A stretch of 64,000 bases of DNA, from IMG/VR virus record IMGVR_UViG_3300044719_000253, positions 32,001-96,000 of that record; one strand, written 5' to 3'. Position numbers and translations under genes: made by a program. Positions within the stretch are counted from its first letter, which is position 1. Each line of letters begins with the position of its first letter. Shown here in pieces: positions 53,059-63,176 of the stretch. The DNA is from a virus. Lineage: Duplodnaviria > Caudoviricetes. The notes beneath the pieces were generated by a model. The model worked only from the letters and a program-made list of their open reading frames with translations. It was not told where the DNA came from and did no database searches.

Positions 53059-54402
53059 TTACAGCACGTTGGTTTTGACCGGGGCTTGCAGATCGAGCAC
53101 CATCGTTTTCAGGGTGTCATACATGGTTTCCGGCATCTGCATGGTGTCTTGGCACTGATTCACCGACTTCCACGCATGTTCCGCGACGCGTTCTGCCAGA
53201 GCGCCCACATACGACGTGGCCACCCCCGCATTCACGCACCATTTGATCATCTGGCCGAAGGCGCGATCGAACTTGTCACTGGTCTTGGCGAAGGCTTCGA
53301 GGAAGCCCGACAGATCGTTGACTGCTTGGGGATTGGACGGGGTGGTCAGCAGTTGCGCCGAAATCGCTTTTAGTACGTCCGCCACGCCACTGGCCGCCTC
53401 AACGAAGCCCTTGGCACGGTTGAGGATGTCCTCGACCTTGGCTTGTTCAGCAGCATTACCCACATCCTTCAACCACATGAGCGTGGTGCGCTCGGTGGTC
53501 GGCTCTTGGATCTTGTCTTCTGCCGCTTGGAAGGCGTCTGCCGCATCGAGGACCGACGGTTCTGCCTTCGGCGTCTCAACGCTGATCTTATCCGCATCTT
53601 CCTGGAAGACTTCCAGTGCGTAATTGAACACATTACGCCATTGATTCAGGTGCAGCGTCATGGTTTCCAGCAGCGCCGGCGCACCGAGGTGGATGCGGTA
53701 ATACTCGTCCATCGTAGCCAGCGAGTTCGGATAACGCATATTGACCGTAAGGATGGCGGGCACTGTGGCGTTCTGCGAAGGATCCACCGCACAGCCACGG
53801 AAACAAGCATCATCCCAAGTGAACCCAGCAACACCGGTCAGCTTGATGAAGTCGTCCAGGATCGCCGCTTGCATGCAGACTTGGTCACTACGGCGCTTGA
53901 ACTCCAGATTTTCGATCACGTGGCCACGGCCGGGATTGCTGGCGATGGTTTCGAGACGGCTGGTCAGACTGGCGAGTTGACCGAGCAGATCGCTCTTCAG
54001 CCCAGCGTCGATCTCTTCCAACGCCATCGTGTAACCGGTGGCCGATGGCAGACGACTGTAGTAATTCACCGGACGACCTTGACCGAAGTTCGGCAGGATC
54101 TGGAGCGCTTCCAGGGCGATCCGTTGGTTCATGCCGCGCTGGGCCAGCAAGTCTTGCCGCAGGTATTGCAGCGGCCGACTAAACGATTCCGTGGCCACGG
54201 CCGGGGTGTCTTCCAGCTTGGCCAGCATTTCCAGTACCACGGCAGGTTCCCCCGCTACGGTGTTGGTCAACACGTCCGGGATCGGCTCATCCGGCAGCAG
54301 TGCACCCGCATTCAGACTTTCCTCGGTCGGGGCGGCCGTTTGGATCGCTTGAGCATGGGCTTGCGCGAGGGTGTTGGTGGCGTCGATGGCACTCATGATC
54401 AA
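53059..54402 (-). CDS. internal head protein with propeptide
   Basis: VATE/SF; GMNQRIALEA; P.NYYSRLPSATGYTMALE/EI pattern. Confidence 0.7.
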   Translation of the reverse strand: MIMSAIDATNTLAQAHAQAIQTAAPTEESLNAGALLPDEPIPDVLTNTVAGEPAVVLEMLAKLEDTPAVATESFSRPLQYLRQDLLAQRGMNQRIALEALQILPNFGQGRPVNYYSRLPSATGYTMALEEIDAGLKSDLLGQLASLTSRLETIASNPGRGHVIENLEFKRRSDQVCMQAAILDDFIKLTGVAGFTWDDACFRGCAVDPSQNATVPAILTVNMRYPNSLATMDEYYRIHLGAPALLETMTLHLNQWRNVFNYALEVFQEDADKISVETPKAEPSVLDAADAFQAAEDKIQEPTTERTTLMWLKDVGNAAEQAKVEDILNRAKGFVEAASGVADVLKAISAQLLTTPSNPQAVNDLSGFLEAFAKTSDKFDRAFGQMIKWCVNAGVATSYVGALAERVAEHAWKSVNQCQDTMQMPETMYDTLKTMVLDLQAPVKTNVL

Positions 54403-54914
54403 CCTTCCAGGGGCGGTGCCGGTTCGTCAGCCGAACCAGGCTGCAGGATCACCGCCAGGCGCGAGGCGATACCCATGATCTCGCTGCGGTAGGTGTTCAT
54501 GAACTTGCTCATCTCTTCCGAGAGTTGCAGCAGGCCACCGGCCCACAGCGAGGTGATATCGATCGCAGCCGTACCACGGGTGGCAACCAGGCGGTCGATC
54601 TGGTACGCGTTATCGACCAGCATGCGGTTCGGGAACGCCGCAGTGTAACGCATCTTCCAGAACAGCTGGGCGTATTCCAGGGCCGACTTGGAGGCGAACA
54701 CCACCGCTTCACCGACTTCCGAGATTTTCTCGCAGATGAACGGGTGGACTTGTTCGCCGTAGTAGGCGAGTTGATTGGCGACGTTCGACGACGGCAGATG
54801 GGCTTGGGCCGAGACAGCCAGGGCGACGGCGATCGCGACGATACGGGATTGATCGGCCGGCACACGCACCAGTTTACCGATCGCTTCATTCAGGCCGAAG
54901 TATTGGGGATTCAT
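54399..54914 (-). CDS. phiKZ-like conserved hypothetical protein
   Basis: 171 aa, coupled to the downstream gene. Confidence 0.65.
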   Translation of the reverse strand: MNPQYFGLNEAIGKLVRVPADQSRIVAIAVALAVSAQAHLPSSNVANQLAYYGEQVHPFICEKISEVGEAVVFASKSALEYAQLFWKMRYTAAFPNRMLVDNAYQIDRLVATRGTAAIDITSLWAGGLLQLSEEMSKFMNTYRSEIMGIASRLAVILQPGSADEPAPPLEG

Positions 54915-54937
54915 GGGAAAATATCCTTGTTGTAAGA

Positions 54938-56266
54938 TTAAAACATCACCGAGAGTTCAGCGGCCCGCACGAACAGCGGGTTGTTGCCGAGTTGTTCGAG
55001 TTGTTGTTGGAGCAGCTTGGTCTTGCGGTATTTACGGTACACCGGGATAACGGTGGTGGCGATATACTCGCGCCATTCCCGTTTGTCTTCGATCCCCGTC
55101 ATGGCCTTTTCCATGGCGTCGATGTCGGCCAGCGTACGTTTCTTTTCCAGATCGGAAATGCTGCGGTTCTTCAGACGCGCAATCGCATCCATCTTGATGC
55201 GGCGGAACCGCACTTCCGGGGTGTCGTAAGTGTTGTCACCATCGTCACCGAAACCACCCAGCAGAATGCCGATCAGGTTGATCGGGATCGACAAGAAGCA
55301 TACCGGCGGGATGAACATCAGGGCGATCGAGATGATCTGGGTGAACATAAACAGCGGGGTGCTTTGGTAAGCCAACTCATTGCCCATGTAACGGTGCAGC
55401 TTGTTCAGTGCCGTCATCAGGGGTAGGCCGGCACCATGACGCGTGGCGAACTGATCGGCCAGCTGTTCGGACGCGGTCGAGTCGTAGATACTGACGCCCA
55501 GTTCCGAACGCGACTTTTCCGTGACTTCGGTGACGATCGCCGTTTCCAGAATCGAGCGCTTGTCGATCTTGGCCAGTGCCGCGCTATCGACGTCTTTGAG
55601 TTTCAGTTCGTCCGCGGTGCGGGCGATGATCAGTTGACGCTTGTGCACGTCGTACGTACCGTCCAGTTCCTTGACCATAGCCGCCATGGCTTGGTTGGTC
55701 GACACCGTGCGATTGAACATCTCGCAGTAGGTAAAGAAATGACCCATCTCATGCAGCACCACGGCTGCCATCTCTTCCGAACTGAGACGGTATTGGTTTG
55801 GTACGCTGAAGCCATCTTGCGAGTAATTGTTGTTCAGTAGGCAATCGGGCAGATAGATCGTGAACGGCAGTTCCGAAAACAGACCCGACAATTGTGCCTT
55901 CATGATGTCAACCCCGGCTTTGACACCACCACCACCACCGACGAAGCGTTTGGTGAAGTTCATTTGTGCGGCAAAGAACTCGCGATAGTCATTGCGGATC
56001 AGCACGTTGTTGTGGTATTCGTCGAAGATCCGCACACACGGCCATTCTTCGCCGAACGACACACTGACGTTGGCTTTGAACGAGTTTTGCAGGATGGCCT
56101 CGATCAAACCTTCGTTGCGGCGCTTCTGTTCTTCATAAGCGCTCTGTTTCTGGAACATGATATCACGAAACGCCAGCTCCAGTTCTTTGAAGGTCTTGGT
56201 GTCCTGATAATTGATCGCCTCGGTTGAGAGCTGATTCATGCGTCGCATGGTAGGGTCCTTGTTCAC
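54938..56266 (-). CDS. virion-block protein with zincin (M48-like) metallopeptidase motif and hydrophobic hairpin
   Basis: LSTE/AI; EEMAAVVLHEMGH; downstream EQLADQFA; hydrophobic 330-365 region. Confidence 0.7.
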   Translation of the reverse strand: MNKDPTMRRMNQLSTEAINYQDTKTFKELELAFRDIMFQKQSAYEEQKRRNEGLIEAILQNSFKANVSVSFGEEWPCVRIFDEYHNNVLIRNDYREFFAAQMNFTKRFVGGGGGVKAGVDIMKAQLSGLFSELPFTIYLPDCLLNNNYSQDGFSVPNQYRLSSEEMAAVVLHEMGHFFTYCEMFNRTVSTNQAMAAMVKELDGTYDVHKRQLIIARTADELKLKDVDSAALAKIDKRSILETAIVTEVTEKSRSELGVSIYDSTASEQLADQFATRHGAGLPLMTALNKLHRYMGNELAYQSTPLFMFTQIISIALMFIPPVCFLSIPINLIGILLGGFGDDGDNTYDTPEVRFRRIKMDAIARLKNRSISDLEKKRTLADIDAMEKAMTGIEDKREWREYIATTVIPVYRKYRKTKLLQQQLEQLGNNPLFVRAAELSVMF

Positions 56267-56403
56267 CTAGGGATAAAAGTAAAAATAACAGGCGATGGTA
56301 TTATCTGGTTCAGCATGATAAGTCACCACTTTTCACCTGCTATCAGGGAAGTCATACTGATATCGGGAAGCATTACCGATCAACAATGAATAACGAATAG
56401 CGT

Positions 56404-58206
56404 ATGCTCAAACACAATCTGAAAGACTTTGCCAATGAAGATATCATTGGTCATGAGTGCCGCCATGTCACCTACTGTCCACCCCCGGAACCAGGGATGC
56501 CAGACTTACATGTGATCAAGCGTGTTACCCATGTGCGGCAAGGGGACAATGTCATTCAAATCCCCAACGTAGTGTCACGAAAGGATTTCAAACTTAAGTT
56601 TTGGATTGAAAAGACGGGGCGGCAAAATCACAAAGAGAAACGTGAATTTGCTGAAATGGATGATTTGGACGAATTCGAGTGTACCCAGTCTCAGTTGGAA
56701 GGGTTGGTGCGCAAGAAGTTGCGCGAGAAGACCGAGCGGGCGATGAAGAACTTCAAACTCCCATGGCCGGGCGATCGCGATAGCATTCGTAAGTTGTCGC
56801 GCAGTCCGTATTTGTACGGCACCGATGTCTCGTCCACGACGCTCTTGAAAAAGATGTACATGGATCTGTATCCGAATCTGCGCTCACAATCTAGCGTGGC
56901 ATGTACCGATACGGAAACCAACATGTTCTCCAAAGAGCAAGAGATCATTATGCAGACGATCTCGATGAAGGATCGGGTATTCACCGCGATCAAGCGCAGT
57001 TTCTTTGGTAAACATATCAACATCGAAGAACGCTTGCAGGAATGCTTTGCCTATCACCTCGGGGATGTGGCCAAAGCGCGCGGCATCAACTGGGAAATCA
57101 AACTGGTGGACACGGCGGGCCAAGTGGTAACCGCTGTCATCGATAAAGCCCATGAATGGGGCCCAGACTTCCTGGCGATTTGGAACATCAAGTTCGACAT
57201 GGAGAAGATGCTGGCGGCATTGCAGGCGGACCGACTTGATCCAGCGTTGGTATTTTCACATCCGACTCTCCCCAATGCTTACAAACATTTCAACTTCAAG
57301 ATTGGTAAGTCGTCGAAAGAGACGGCCTCGGGCGTGCATAAGCCCCTCGGGTTCCATGAGCAATGGCACGTCGTCACCACACCGGCTTCGTTCTACTTTA
57401 TCGATGCAATGTGCGCGTATCGCCAGATTCGCCAAGGTCAGCAGGAAGAACCCAGCTACAAACTCGATGCGTTGATGGATAAACACATCAAGCGTGGTAA
57501 GCTCAAGTTCAGCGAAGCCGATGGTTTCATCGAAGGTGATTGGCACCGCTTCATGCAAGAGTTCTACAAATTCGAATACGTGATTTATAACGTATTCGAC
57601 TGCGTGGGTATGGAGATGCTGGATGAAAAGACCGGTGACCTGAGCTTAAACTTCCCACTGTATTCGGGTCCGTCGGATTATGCGATCTTTCCCTCGCAGC
57701 CCAAGAAATTGTGCAATAAGTTCTTCTTTGACTTGCTGTCGCAAAACCGTGTGCTCGCGTCGACCTCGGACACCATGAGCGATGAGAACGATAAACGCAC
57801 GGTGATTGGTAAAGGCTGGATCACGATGTTGCCTGCACACTTGTGCATGGACAACGGCTTGAAGTGTTTGGAAGAGATGCATAACGTGCCATCAAACATA
57901 AGGATTGGAGTCGGGGATCTCGATATCGCCGGCACTTATCCCAACGAAGGCATCTGCATGAATATTAGTAAATATACAACACATCGAGAATTGTTGTATA
58001 TCGAAGGGATCCCGGATCACATCCGTCGTCGTATTGGTTTCAATCTGGCGGGTGGCCATGTGAATGCACTTGAAGTAGGACATGATTTGTTTAAGATCCC
58101 CCGTTTGGATCAGATGTACGCGGCTTATCTCCGTAAGACTCAACCTAACGCAATCGTGCTACCTGAACAACAAATGCTGGCGACTTACCAGCGCCTTGCC
58201 GCTTAA
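56404..58206 (+). CDS. family B DNA polymerase, exonuclease-containing N-terminal subunit (split PolB of phiKZ-like phages)
   Basis: ExoI DTET, ExoII WNIKFD, YKLD, ExoIII YNVFD, motif A DLDIAGTYPN; motifs B and C not present. Confidence 0.85.
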   Translation: MLKHNLKDFANEDIIGHECRHVTYCPPPEPGMPDLHVIKRVTHVRQGDNVIQIPNVVSRKDFKLKFWIEKTGRQNHKEKREFAEMDDLDEFECTQSQLEGLVRKKLREKTERAMKNFKLPWPGDRDSIRKLSRSPYLYGTDVSSTTLLKKMYMDLYPNLRSQSSVACTDTETNMFSKEQEIIMQTISMKDRVFTAIKRSFFGKHINIEERLQECFAYHLGDVAKARGINWEIKLVDTAGQVVTAVIDKAHEWGPDFLAIWNIKFDMEKMLAALQADRLDPALVFSHPTLPNAYKHFNFKIGKSSKETASGVHKPLGFHEQWHVVTTPASFYFIDAMCAYRQIRQGQQEEPSYKLDALMDKHIKRGKLKFSEADGFIEGDWHRFMQEFYKFEYVIYNVFDCVGMEMLDEKTGDLSLNFPLYSGPSDYAIFPSQPKKLCNKFFFDLLSQNRVLASTSDTMSDENDKRTVIGKGWITMLPAHLCMDNGLKCLEEMHNVPSNIRIGVGDLDIAGTYPNEGICMNISKYTTHRELLYIEGIPDHIRRRIGFNLAGGHVNALEVGHDLFKIPRLDQMYAAYLRKTQPNAIVLPEQQMLATYQRLAA

Positions 58207-58215
58207 GACGGCACA

Positions 58216-58248
58216 CCTCCCACTACCCCGTCAAAGGGTAGTGGGAGG
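58216..58248. terminator. bidirectional hairpin between convergent genes
   Basis: CCTCCCACTACCC-CGTCAAA-GGGTAGTGGGAGG. Confidence 0.75.
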
Positions 58249-58269
58249 GGGCTTATGACGTGTTACCGA

Positions 58270-59850
58270 TTACAGGTTGAAGAACTTCAGCACGCGTTGA
58301 CGTGCGAATTCCTTCACGTGATGCGCATGCAGAGCCAGGTCGAGATTGACAAATTGCTTCTTCTCCTCGCGGGTGGCCGGGTTGGCCAGTTCCACCAGAG
58401 CGTTGAGCAGATGCGTCATGTGCGTCGCTTCGGCGCTGGCCAGGTTCGTGTGCGAGGTGAAGCGGTGCAGGTTGATGCTGTTGAACGCATGGTTGCTGTG
58501 CTGGTGGATGAGAGCCAGCATGGCGCCGAACGCGGCTTCGAATTCTTCTTCCGCCGTGTGCAGCACTTGCAGAATGGTGGCGTACAGGCTGGCCTGGTAG
58601 TTACCACCAGCTTCCGCTGTCGGCGGTACTGATGCGTTCATGAAGGTGACGTAGTCGTTCAGCTCGGTGATGCTGATGCTCGCTGCAGGCGACAGCGGCG
58701 CCGGCGACGGCGCGGGCGTGGCTTCGACCGGCGGGACAGGATCCACTGCCGACGCAGGAGCCGGGGCAGGAGCGGCAGGCGTGGTGTCCACCGGTGCGGC
58801 GGGTGCTTCCACAACCGGCGCCGTCGGGGTTTCAACCACTGGAGCGGTCACGGGGACGTCCATCGCCGGAGCGGTGTCAGCCGGCACTTCCACGTTTACT
58901 GGGGCGGGAGCCGGAGCGTCGGTAGCTGCCGGGGTGGTGTCAGTCACGGGTACAGGCACGTCGACTGGTGCCACCGCTGCTTCCACTGAGGTATCGACCA
59001 CGACGGGTGCCACCGGTGCCGGATCGACCGGAGTCACAGCCACTTCCACAGGGGCAGGTGCATCCGCCACCGGCGAGGGGGTAGCGTCCGGCGTCAGAGC
59101 AGAGGCTTCTTGCGGAGCGACATCACTGACAGCAGGGGCCGGTGCGTCCACCGGAACCGGATCTGCCGCAGGGATGTCGACCGGCGTTTCCGTAACTGCC
59201 GGTGTTTCGTCTTGAGTAGGAGCTTCCGCTGCCACCGGGGTAGCAGCTGCTTCGGCCGGTACCACGTCAGCTGCCGGTGCTTCGGCGACGACGGGGGTAT
59301 CGACGACCGGTACGTCAACGGGTGCCGTTTCTGCGACTGGTGCTGGCGCGGGCTCTTCCACTACCGGGGTGGCCGGTGCCGTGTCCGTCACGACGGGTGC
59401 TTCTTGTGCCGGAGCTTCGACCGACGTCGCTTCCGGCGTAGCCGTAGCCACATCGGTGGTGTCAGCGGCTTGGGGTGTTTCGACCGCAGGTGCCGGGTCG
59501 GTCGAGACCGCGACTTCCGTGGTCGCCGGGGTCGGATCGGTTTGCGGAGCGGGGGTTTCTTCGGGCGTCGGTGCAGCGTCGGTTGGTGCCGTTACCGGGG
59601 TCTCGGTGACCGGGGTGTCCGTGGTTGCAGTCGCGGTGTCTTCGGTGGTTGGCGCCGGGTCAGCCGGCGTTTCTGCGATCGGGGGTGCGGCGGTGTCAGC
59701 CGGCGCTGCCGGAGTGCTGTTGTCGGCAGTCGGTACAGGGGCTGCGTCCGGCGTCGAGGTGGTCGTGTCGGCGGATTGGGTGGCCGTCGTATCGGTGGCC
59801 GGCGCGGTTGCGTCCGGAGTTTGGTCCGGGGCTTGGGTTTCGTCACTCAT
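58270..59850 (-). CDS. protein with ~390-aa acidic Pro/Ala/Thr disordered region and a C-terminal helical domain
   Basis: Start MSDETQ (AAAGGA SD); C-terminal EL.DY...M...GG..Q..LY..I domain shared with 59990-60763. Confidence 0.8.
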   Translation of the reverse strand: MSDETQAPDQTPDATAPATDTTATQSADTTTSTPDAAPVPTADNSTPAAPADTAAPPIAETPADPAPTTEDTATATTDTPVTETPVTAPTDAAPTPEETPAPQTDPTPATTEVAVSTDPAPAVETPQAADTTDVATATPEATSVEAPAQEAPVVTDTAPATPVVEEPAPAPVAETAPVDVPVVDTPVVAEAPAADVVPAEAAATPVAAEAPTQDETPAVTETPVDIPAADPVPVDAPAPAVSDVAPQEASALTPDATPSPVADAPAPVEVAVTPVDPAPVAPVVVDTSVEAAVAPVDVPVPVTDTTPAATDAPAPAPVNVEVPADTAPAMDVPVTAPVVETPTAPVVEAPAAPVDTTPAAPAPAPASAVDPVPPVEATPAPSPAPLSPAASISITELNDYVTFMNASVPPTAEAGGNYQASLYATILQVLHTAEEEFEAAFGAMLALIHQHSNHAFNSINLHRFTSHTNLASAEATHMTHLLNALVELANPATREEKKQFVNLDLALHAHHVKEFARQRVLKFFNL

Positions 59851-59989
59851 GTTACGTCCTTTTTCAGTTGGTGAAATGTTGGATGAGCAGTCTCTCCATG
59901 GGCTCAAAGGATAATTACTCCAATTTTATTTCATCAATTTTTAAATAACAACATACACCCACCGACCATCAAGGCCGGTGGGGATGGAA

Positions 59990-60763
59990 TTACACGTTGA
60001 AGTAATTCAGAACACGCTGACGCGATTCTTCCTTGATACGTGGGTTCTGGAACGCTTGGGCCAGGTTGACGTGACGCAGCGCCAGTTGACGTGATTGCGG
60101 TGCCGCCAGAGCCGTGAGGGCCGACAACAGGTAGCGGAAATGCGCTATCGTTTTCGACGGCATCACGACGTGTGGCGTGTAACGATGAATGTTTTCGTCG
60201 CTGAACACGCCTTTCAGGTTGGCTTGAATCAACTGCATGGCCAGACCGAACACAGCGTCGAAGTCTTCGGCGCGCGTGTTGATGATTTGCAGCAGCGTGT
60301 AATACAGATTCATCTGGACCTGACCACCGCGCTCACTCGGCATCGTGACCTTGGCCGACATCGCCTCGATGTAGTCCTTCAGTTCATGGATGGCGAGCTG
60401 CGACGACGGCGAGCACGACAGCGGCAGCTGGAAACGGTCCACCGGCATCGGCGGGACTTTGGCCATACCGGCCGGGATCGTCACCGGTTCTTGGACGGGG
60501 GCAGTTTCGGCGACTTCATCAACACCGTCGTCTTGCCCATCATCGGGGCCATCTTCCTTCTGATCGCCAGAGACATCACCCGCCTGGCCCGCGTCTTGTT
60601 CGCCACCGGCGGTGTCTTCCTTGACTTGCTCATCCGTTTTAGCGGCGTCTTGCGTTGGTTCGCCAACGGGCGCGTCGACCGGCTGCATGTCTTCGTAAGG
60701 ATTGTTCATGTTGGTTTCCTTTTTAGCTTGCGCTTGAGCGCGGTTTTTGGATTTGCTACCCAT
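59990..60763 (-). CDS. paralog of 58270-59850 with shorter acidic N-terminus
   Basis: Same C-terminal domain, ending RQRVL.[FY]FN. Confidence 0.8.
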   Translation of the reverse strand: MGSKSKNRAQAQAKKETNMNNPYEDMQPVDAPVGEPTQDAAKTDEQVKEDTAGGEQDAGQAGDVSGDQKEDGPDDGQDDGVDEVAETAPVQEPVTIPAGMAKVPPMPVDRFQLPLSCSPSSQLAIHELKDYIEAMSAKVTMPSERGGQVQMNLYYTLLQIINTRAEDFDAVFGLAMQLIQANLKGVFSDENIHRYTPHVVMPSKTIAHFRYLLSALTALAAPQSRQLALRHVNLAQAFQNPRIKEESRQRVLNYFNV

Positions 60764-60787
60764 ACATTACTCCATTCAAAAATAGGG

Positions 60788-62119
60788 TCAGAGGATACGC
60801 AACTTGTAGTCGTATTTCTTCAGGATCAGGGCTTTACCGTGGTTGGCCTTCATGAACATCAGCATGATGGTCGAACCAAAGTCAGCAATCGCGGAGGACG
60901 AACCAGTCGGATTTTCTTCCAGACGCGGACCCACACACGTCGCGCAGTAGTCGGTGTGTGGGTGGATGCAATACATCGGTGAACGCATCATGAGTTTCTT
61001 ACCCATGTACTGATCGATGACTTCTTCCGTCAACCGCACCGTAGTGCCGTTTCCCACCAAGGCACTGAAGTTCAAATACTTCTTGCGCAGCTCTGGAGTC
61101 AGGACAAGTTCCCGCCCTCGTTTTGTGCCACAATCCCCCGGCAGGATATTGATGTTGGACGAAGCCCGTTGCAGCCACTTCACCGCCTCACCACCGCGCA
61201 TGGTTTCAGCGCCGCGGTTAAACGAACCTGCACGCAGATTGTTCACCATGGCTGGCAACTTATTAATATCCCAACCTTCATCCAGCGAGTTCGGCACGAG
61301 TTCCATGTCTTGACCATCACCCAGACCAGCTTCGGCACCGACCATCAAGAACTTCTTAGCCCGCACCACCTCGAACGACTTGGCTTTGATCAAGAAATTC
61401 AAGGTGTCATCACCCTTGAGCCATTCACTGTCGAGGGCGCGCAGATCCTTCAGTGCCTGCGCAGCAGCGGTTGGATCGATGTTCTTGGCATTCGGATCGA
61501 TGTTGTACTTCTTAAAGATCGCCGCTTTGGCTTCTTTCAAGCCCGGGGGTGGTAACAACGCTTTCTCGGTACCGCCGGTGACCCAAAGATTGGCGAAGCC
61601 CGACATGAAGGTCATGGCATCAGCAAACTTCAAATACTCACGCACGTAGATCGGCGCGACTTCGGGTTTCGCTCTCGGCAGGGCGCCGTCGGGTGGATCA
61701 TCTTGCAGCCGGGGTAGAATCAAATCTTCGATCTTGTCAGGTTTGATCCGGCCGAGCAGGAACGGGATCTTTCCGCCGAAGGGATACACCAGTAACATGC
61801 AGTTCGCCAGTACATTACCGTAACTGGTTTCCACATCTTGGTAGAGGTTGGGCAACGCACCAACTTTAAGCAATAGCTTGTCGGCTTTATTAAACGGCGC
61901 TGTACCGGCCGTGGTGCCTTCCAGGGGCAGCAATTCCCCGGGTCGCTCCGGATCGACAAAGAACACCCCAGTCGGAAGTTGAACGATGCGGTAAGCGTAC
62001 GGGTCGGCCTTATACGCATCAGGCGCTTCTTGGGTTAAAGCAAACGCACTGATCACCCAGTTCTTATGCCGATACATCTCGGCCCGCATGGCGGCGAGAA
62101 AATAGTCTTCACGTTTCAT
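60788..62119 (-). CDS. virion RNA polymerase beta-prime C-terminal subunit (phiKZ gp80-like)
   Basis: DCGT, RSPMYC...YCATCVG Zn site, GSTIMLMFMKANHG (bridge/trigger-loop equivalent), SFNRGAET. Confidence 0.85.
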   Translation of the reverse strand: MKREDYFLAAMRAEMYRHKNWVISAFALTQEAPDAYKADPYAYRIVQLPTGVFFVDPERPGELLPLEGTTAGTAPFNKADKLLLKVGALPNLYQDVETSYGNVLANCMLLVYPFGGKIPFLLGRIKPDKIEDLILPRLQDDPPDGALPRAKPEVAPIYVREYLKFADAMTFMSGFANLWVTGGTEKALLPPPGLKEAKAAIFKKYNIDPNAKNIDPTAAAQALKDLRALDSEWLKGDDTLNFLIKAKSFEVVRAKKFLMVGAEAGLGDGQDMELVPNSLDEGWDINKLPAMVNNLRAGSFNRGAETMRGGEAVKWLQRASSNINILPGDCGTKRGRELVLTPELRKKYLNFSALVGNGTTVRLTEEVIDQYMGKKLMMRSPMYCIHPHTDYCATCVGPRLEENPTGSSSAIADFGSTIMLMFMKANHGKALILKKYDYKLRIL

Positions 62120-62952
62120 TTGGCATACCCAGTCATCAGTTGCCGTACTTCGATCATGGTTTCAGAAATCAACTTCAAGTCGGGAATGAATTGTTCCAGA
62201 CTGGCTTTCACGGTCTCGCCAGGATTGCCATAACCGTCACTGGAGATCAGCGCTGCGGCAAACAACTCACGAGCGATTTGATAACCGGGCATGGTCAGAA
62301 TCGGTTGACGTCCATCGATCAGCTTGGCGTACAACTCGTAACTCATGCCAGGTTGAGTCCCTGCCGCCAGAATCGCCGGTACTTGGATGATCGTGGCACC
62401 TAAGGCTTGCAAATAAATCTCGAACAGCCGGTACGCGTGAATGCGTTCCCGGCGCTCGTGCAAGTCATCGGCGTCTTCTTCCAGTTCCGCCCGGTTGATA
62501 TTCTTTAAGCGACTAAAGAACATCTCCGAGACATCGTCGATGAGTTGCATGAATTGTTCCGCCGACCATGTGGTCACGCGATTGAGCATCTCCGCCAGTT
62601 TCTCTACTGGCCGGGTTTCCGCATCAGCAATCTTGAAGAACTGCTGAGGAGATTCGGTATTGTCAATACTTAACAAGCCAGAGACGATTTCGGTCTTTTG
62701 TTGGAGCGTACAGTCCTCCACCAACTGCACCGCGTGTAATCCGAGCAAATAATCCAGACCGCGGTGATAGGTGTTAAGGATTTCCAGCAACGGACCCCCA
62801 GAGTCCATGCCTTCGGCGGTCATCAGAATCTCTTCAATGACATGTTCATAGTCCATCTCGGCGCGCTGGAGTACCTCGTCCGCGGCTTTGATCATCGCTT
62901 TCTCTTCCACCGTGCTCTGGCTCGAAAGAAAGTCGCTGAGTAAATCTAACAT
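62116..62952 (-). CDS. phiKZ-like conserved hypothetical protein
   Basis: 278 aa, acidic and helical, coupled to the RNAP subunit gene. Confidence 0.7.
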   Translation of the reverse strand: MLDLLSDFLSSQSTVEEKAMIKAADEVLQRAEMDYEHVIEEILMTAEGMDSGGPLLEILNTYHRGLDYLLGLHAVQLVEDCTLQQKTEIVSGLLSIDNTESPQQFFKIADAETRPVEKLAEMLNRVTTWSAEQFMQLIDDVSEMFFSRLKNINRAELEEDADDLHERRERIHAYRLFEIYLQALGATIIQVPAILAAGTQPGMSYELYAKLIDGRQPILTMPGYQIARELFAAALISSDGYGNPGETVKASLEQFIPDLKLISETMIEVRQLMTGYAK

Positions 62953-63176
62953 AATGGTTCACCTTGTGAAAAAGGGAAAGCGTGGGTCAAATGATGGGGG
63001 TCGCACACCCATTCTCTGACACGTTAAATGTTGATTTCTCGACAAATTGGATATTGTAAAAAAATATCTATCAAGTGCCATGCTCTGACAGTTGCCTTAA
63101 ATCAAGGCTTTTTAAAGAGACAACGTCTCACAGAGCAGTTTATTACAAAAATTGTAGTATTGCGGAGCTAGGGATT

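Noticed and set aside
56404-58206. PolB as a truncated pseudogene
   Set aside because: Split family B polymerases are established in phiKZ-like phages, and the ORF is intact with all Exo motifs.
58667-59914. Overlapping Gly/Ala/Ser-rich + strand ORFs
   Set aside because: Reverse-frame artefacts of the low-complexity minus-strand gene.
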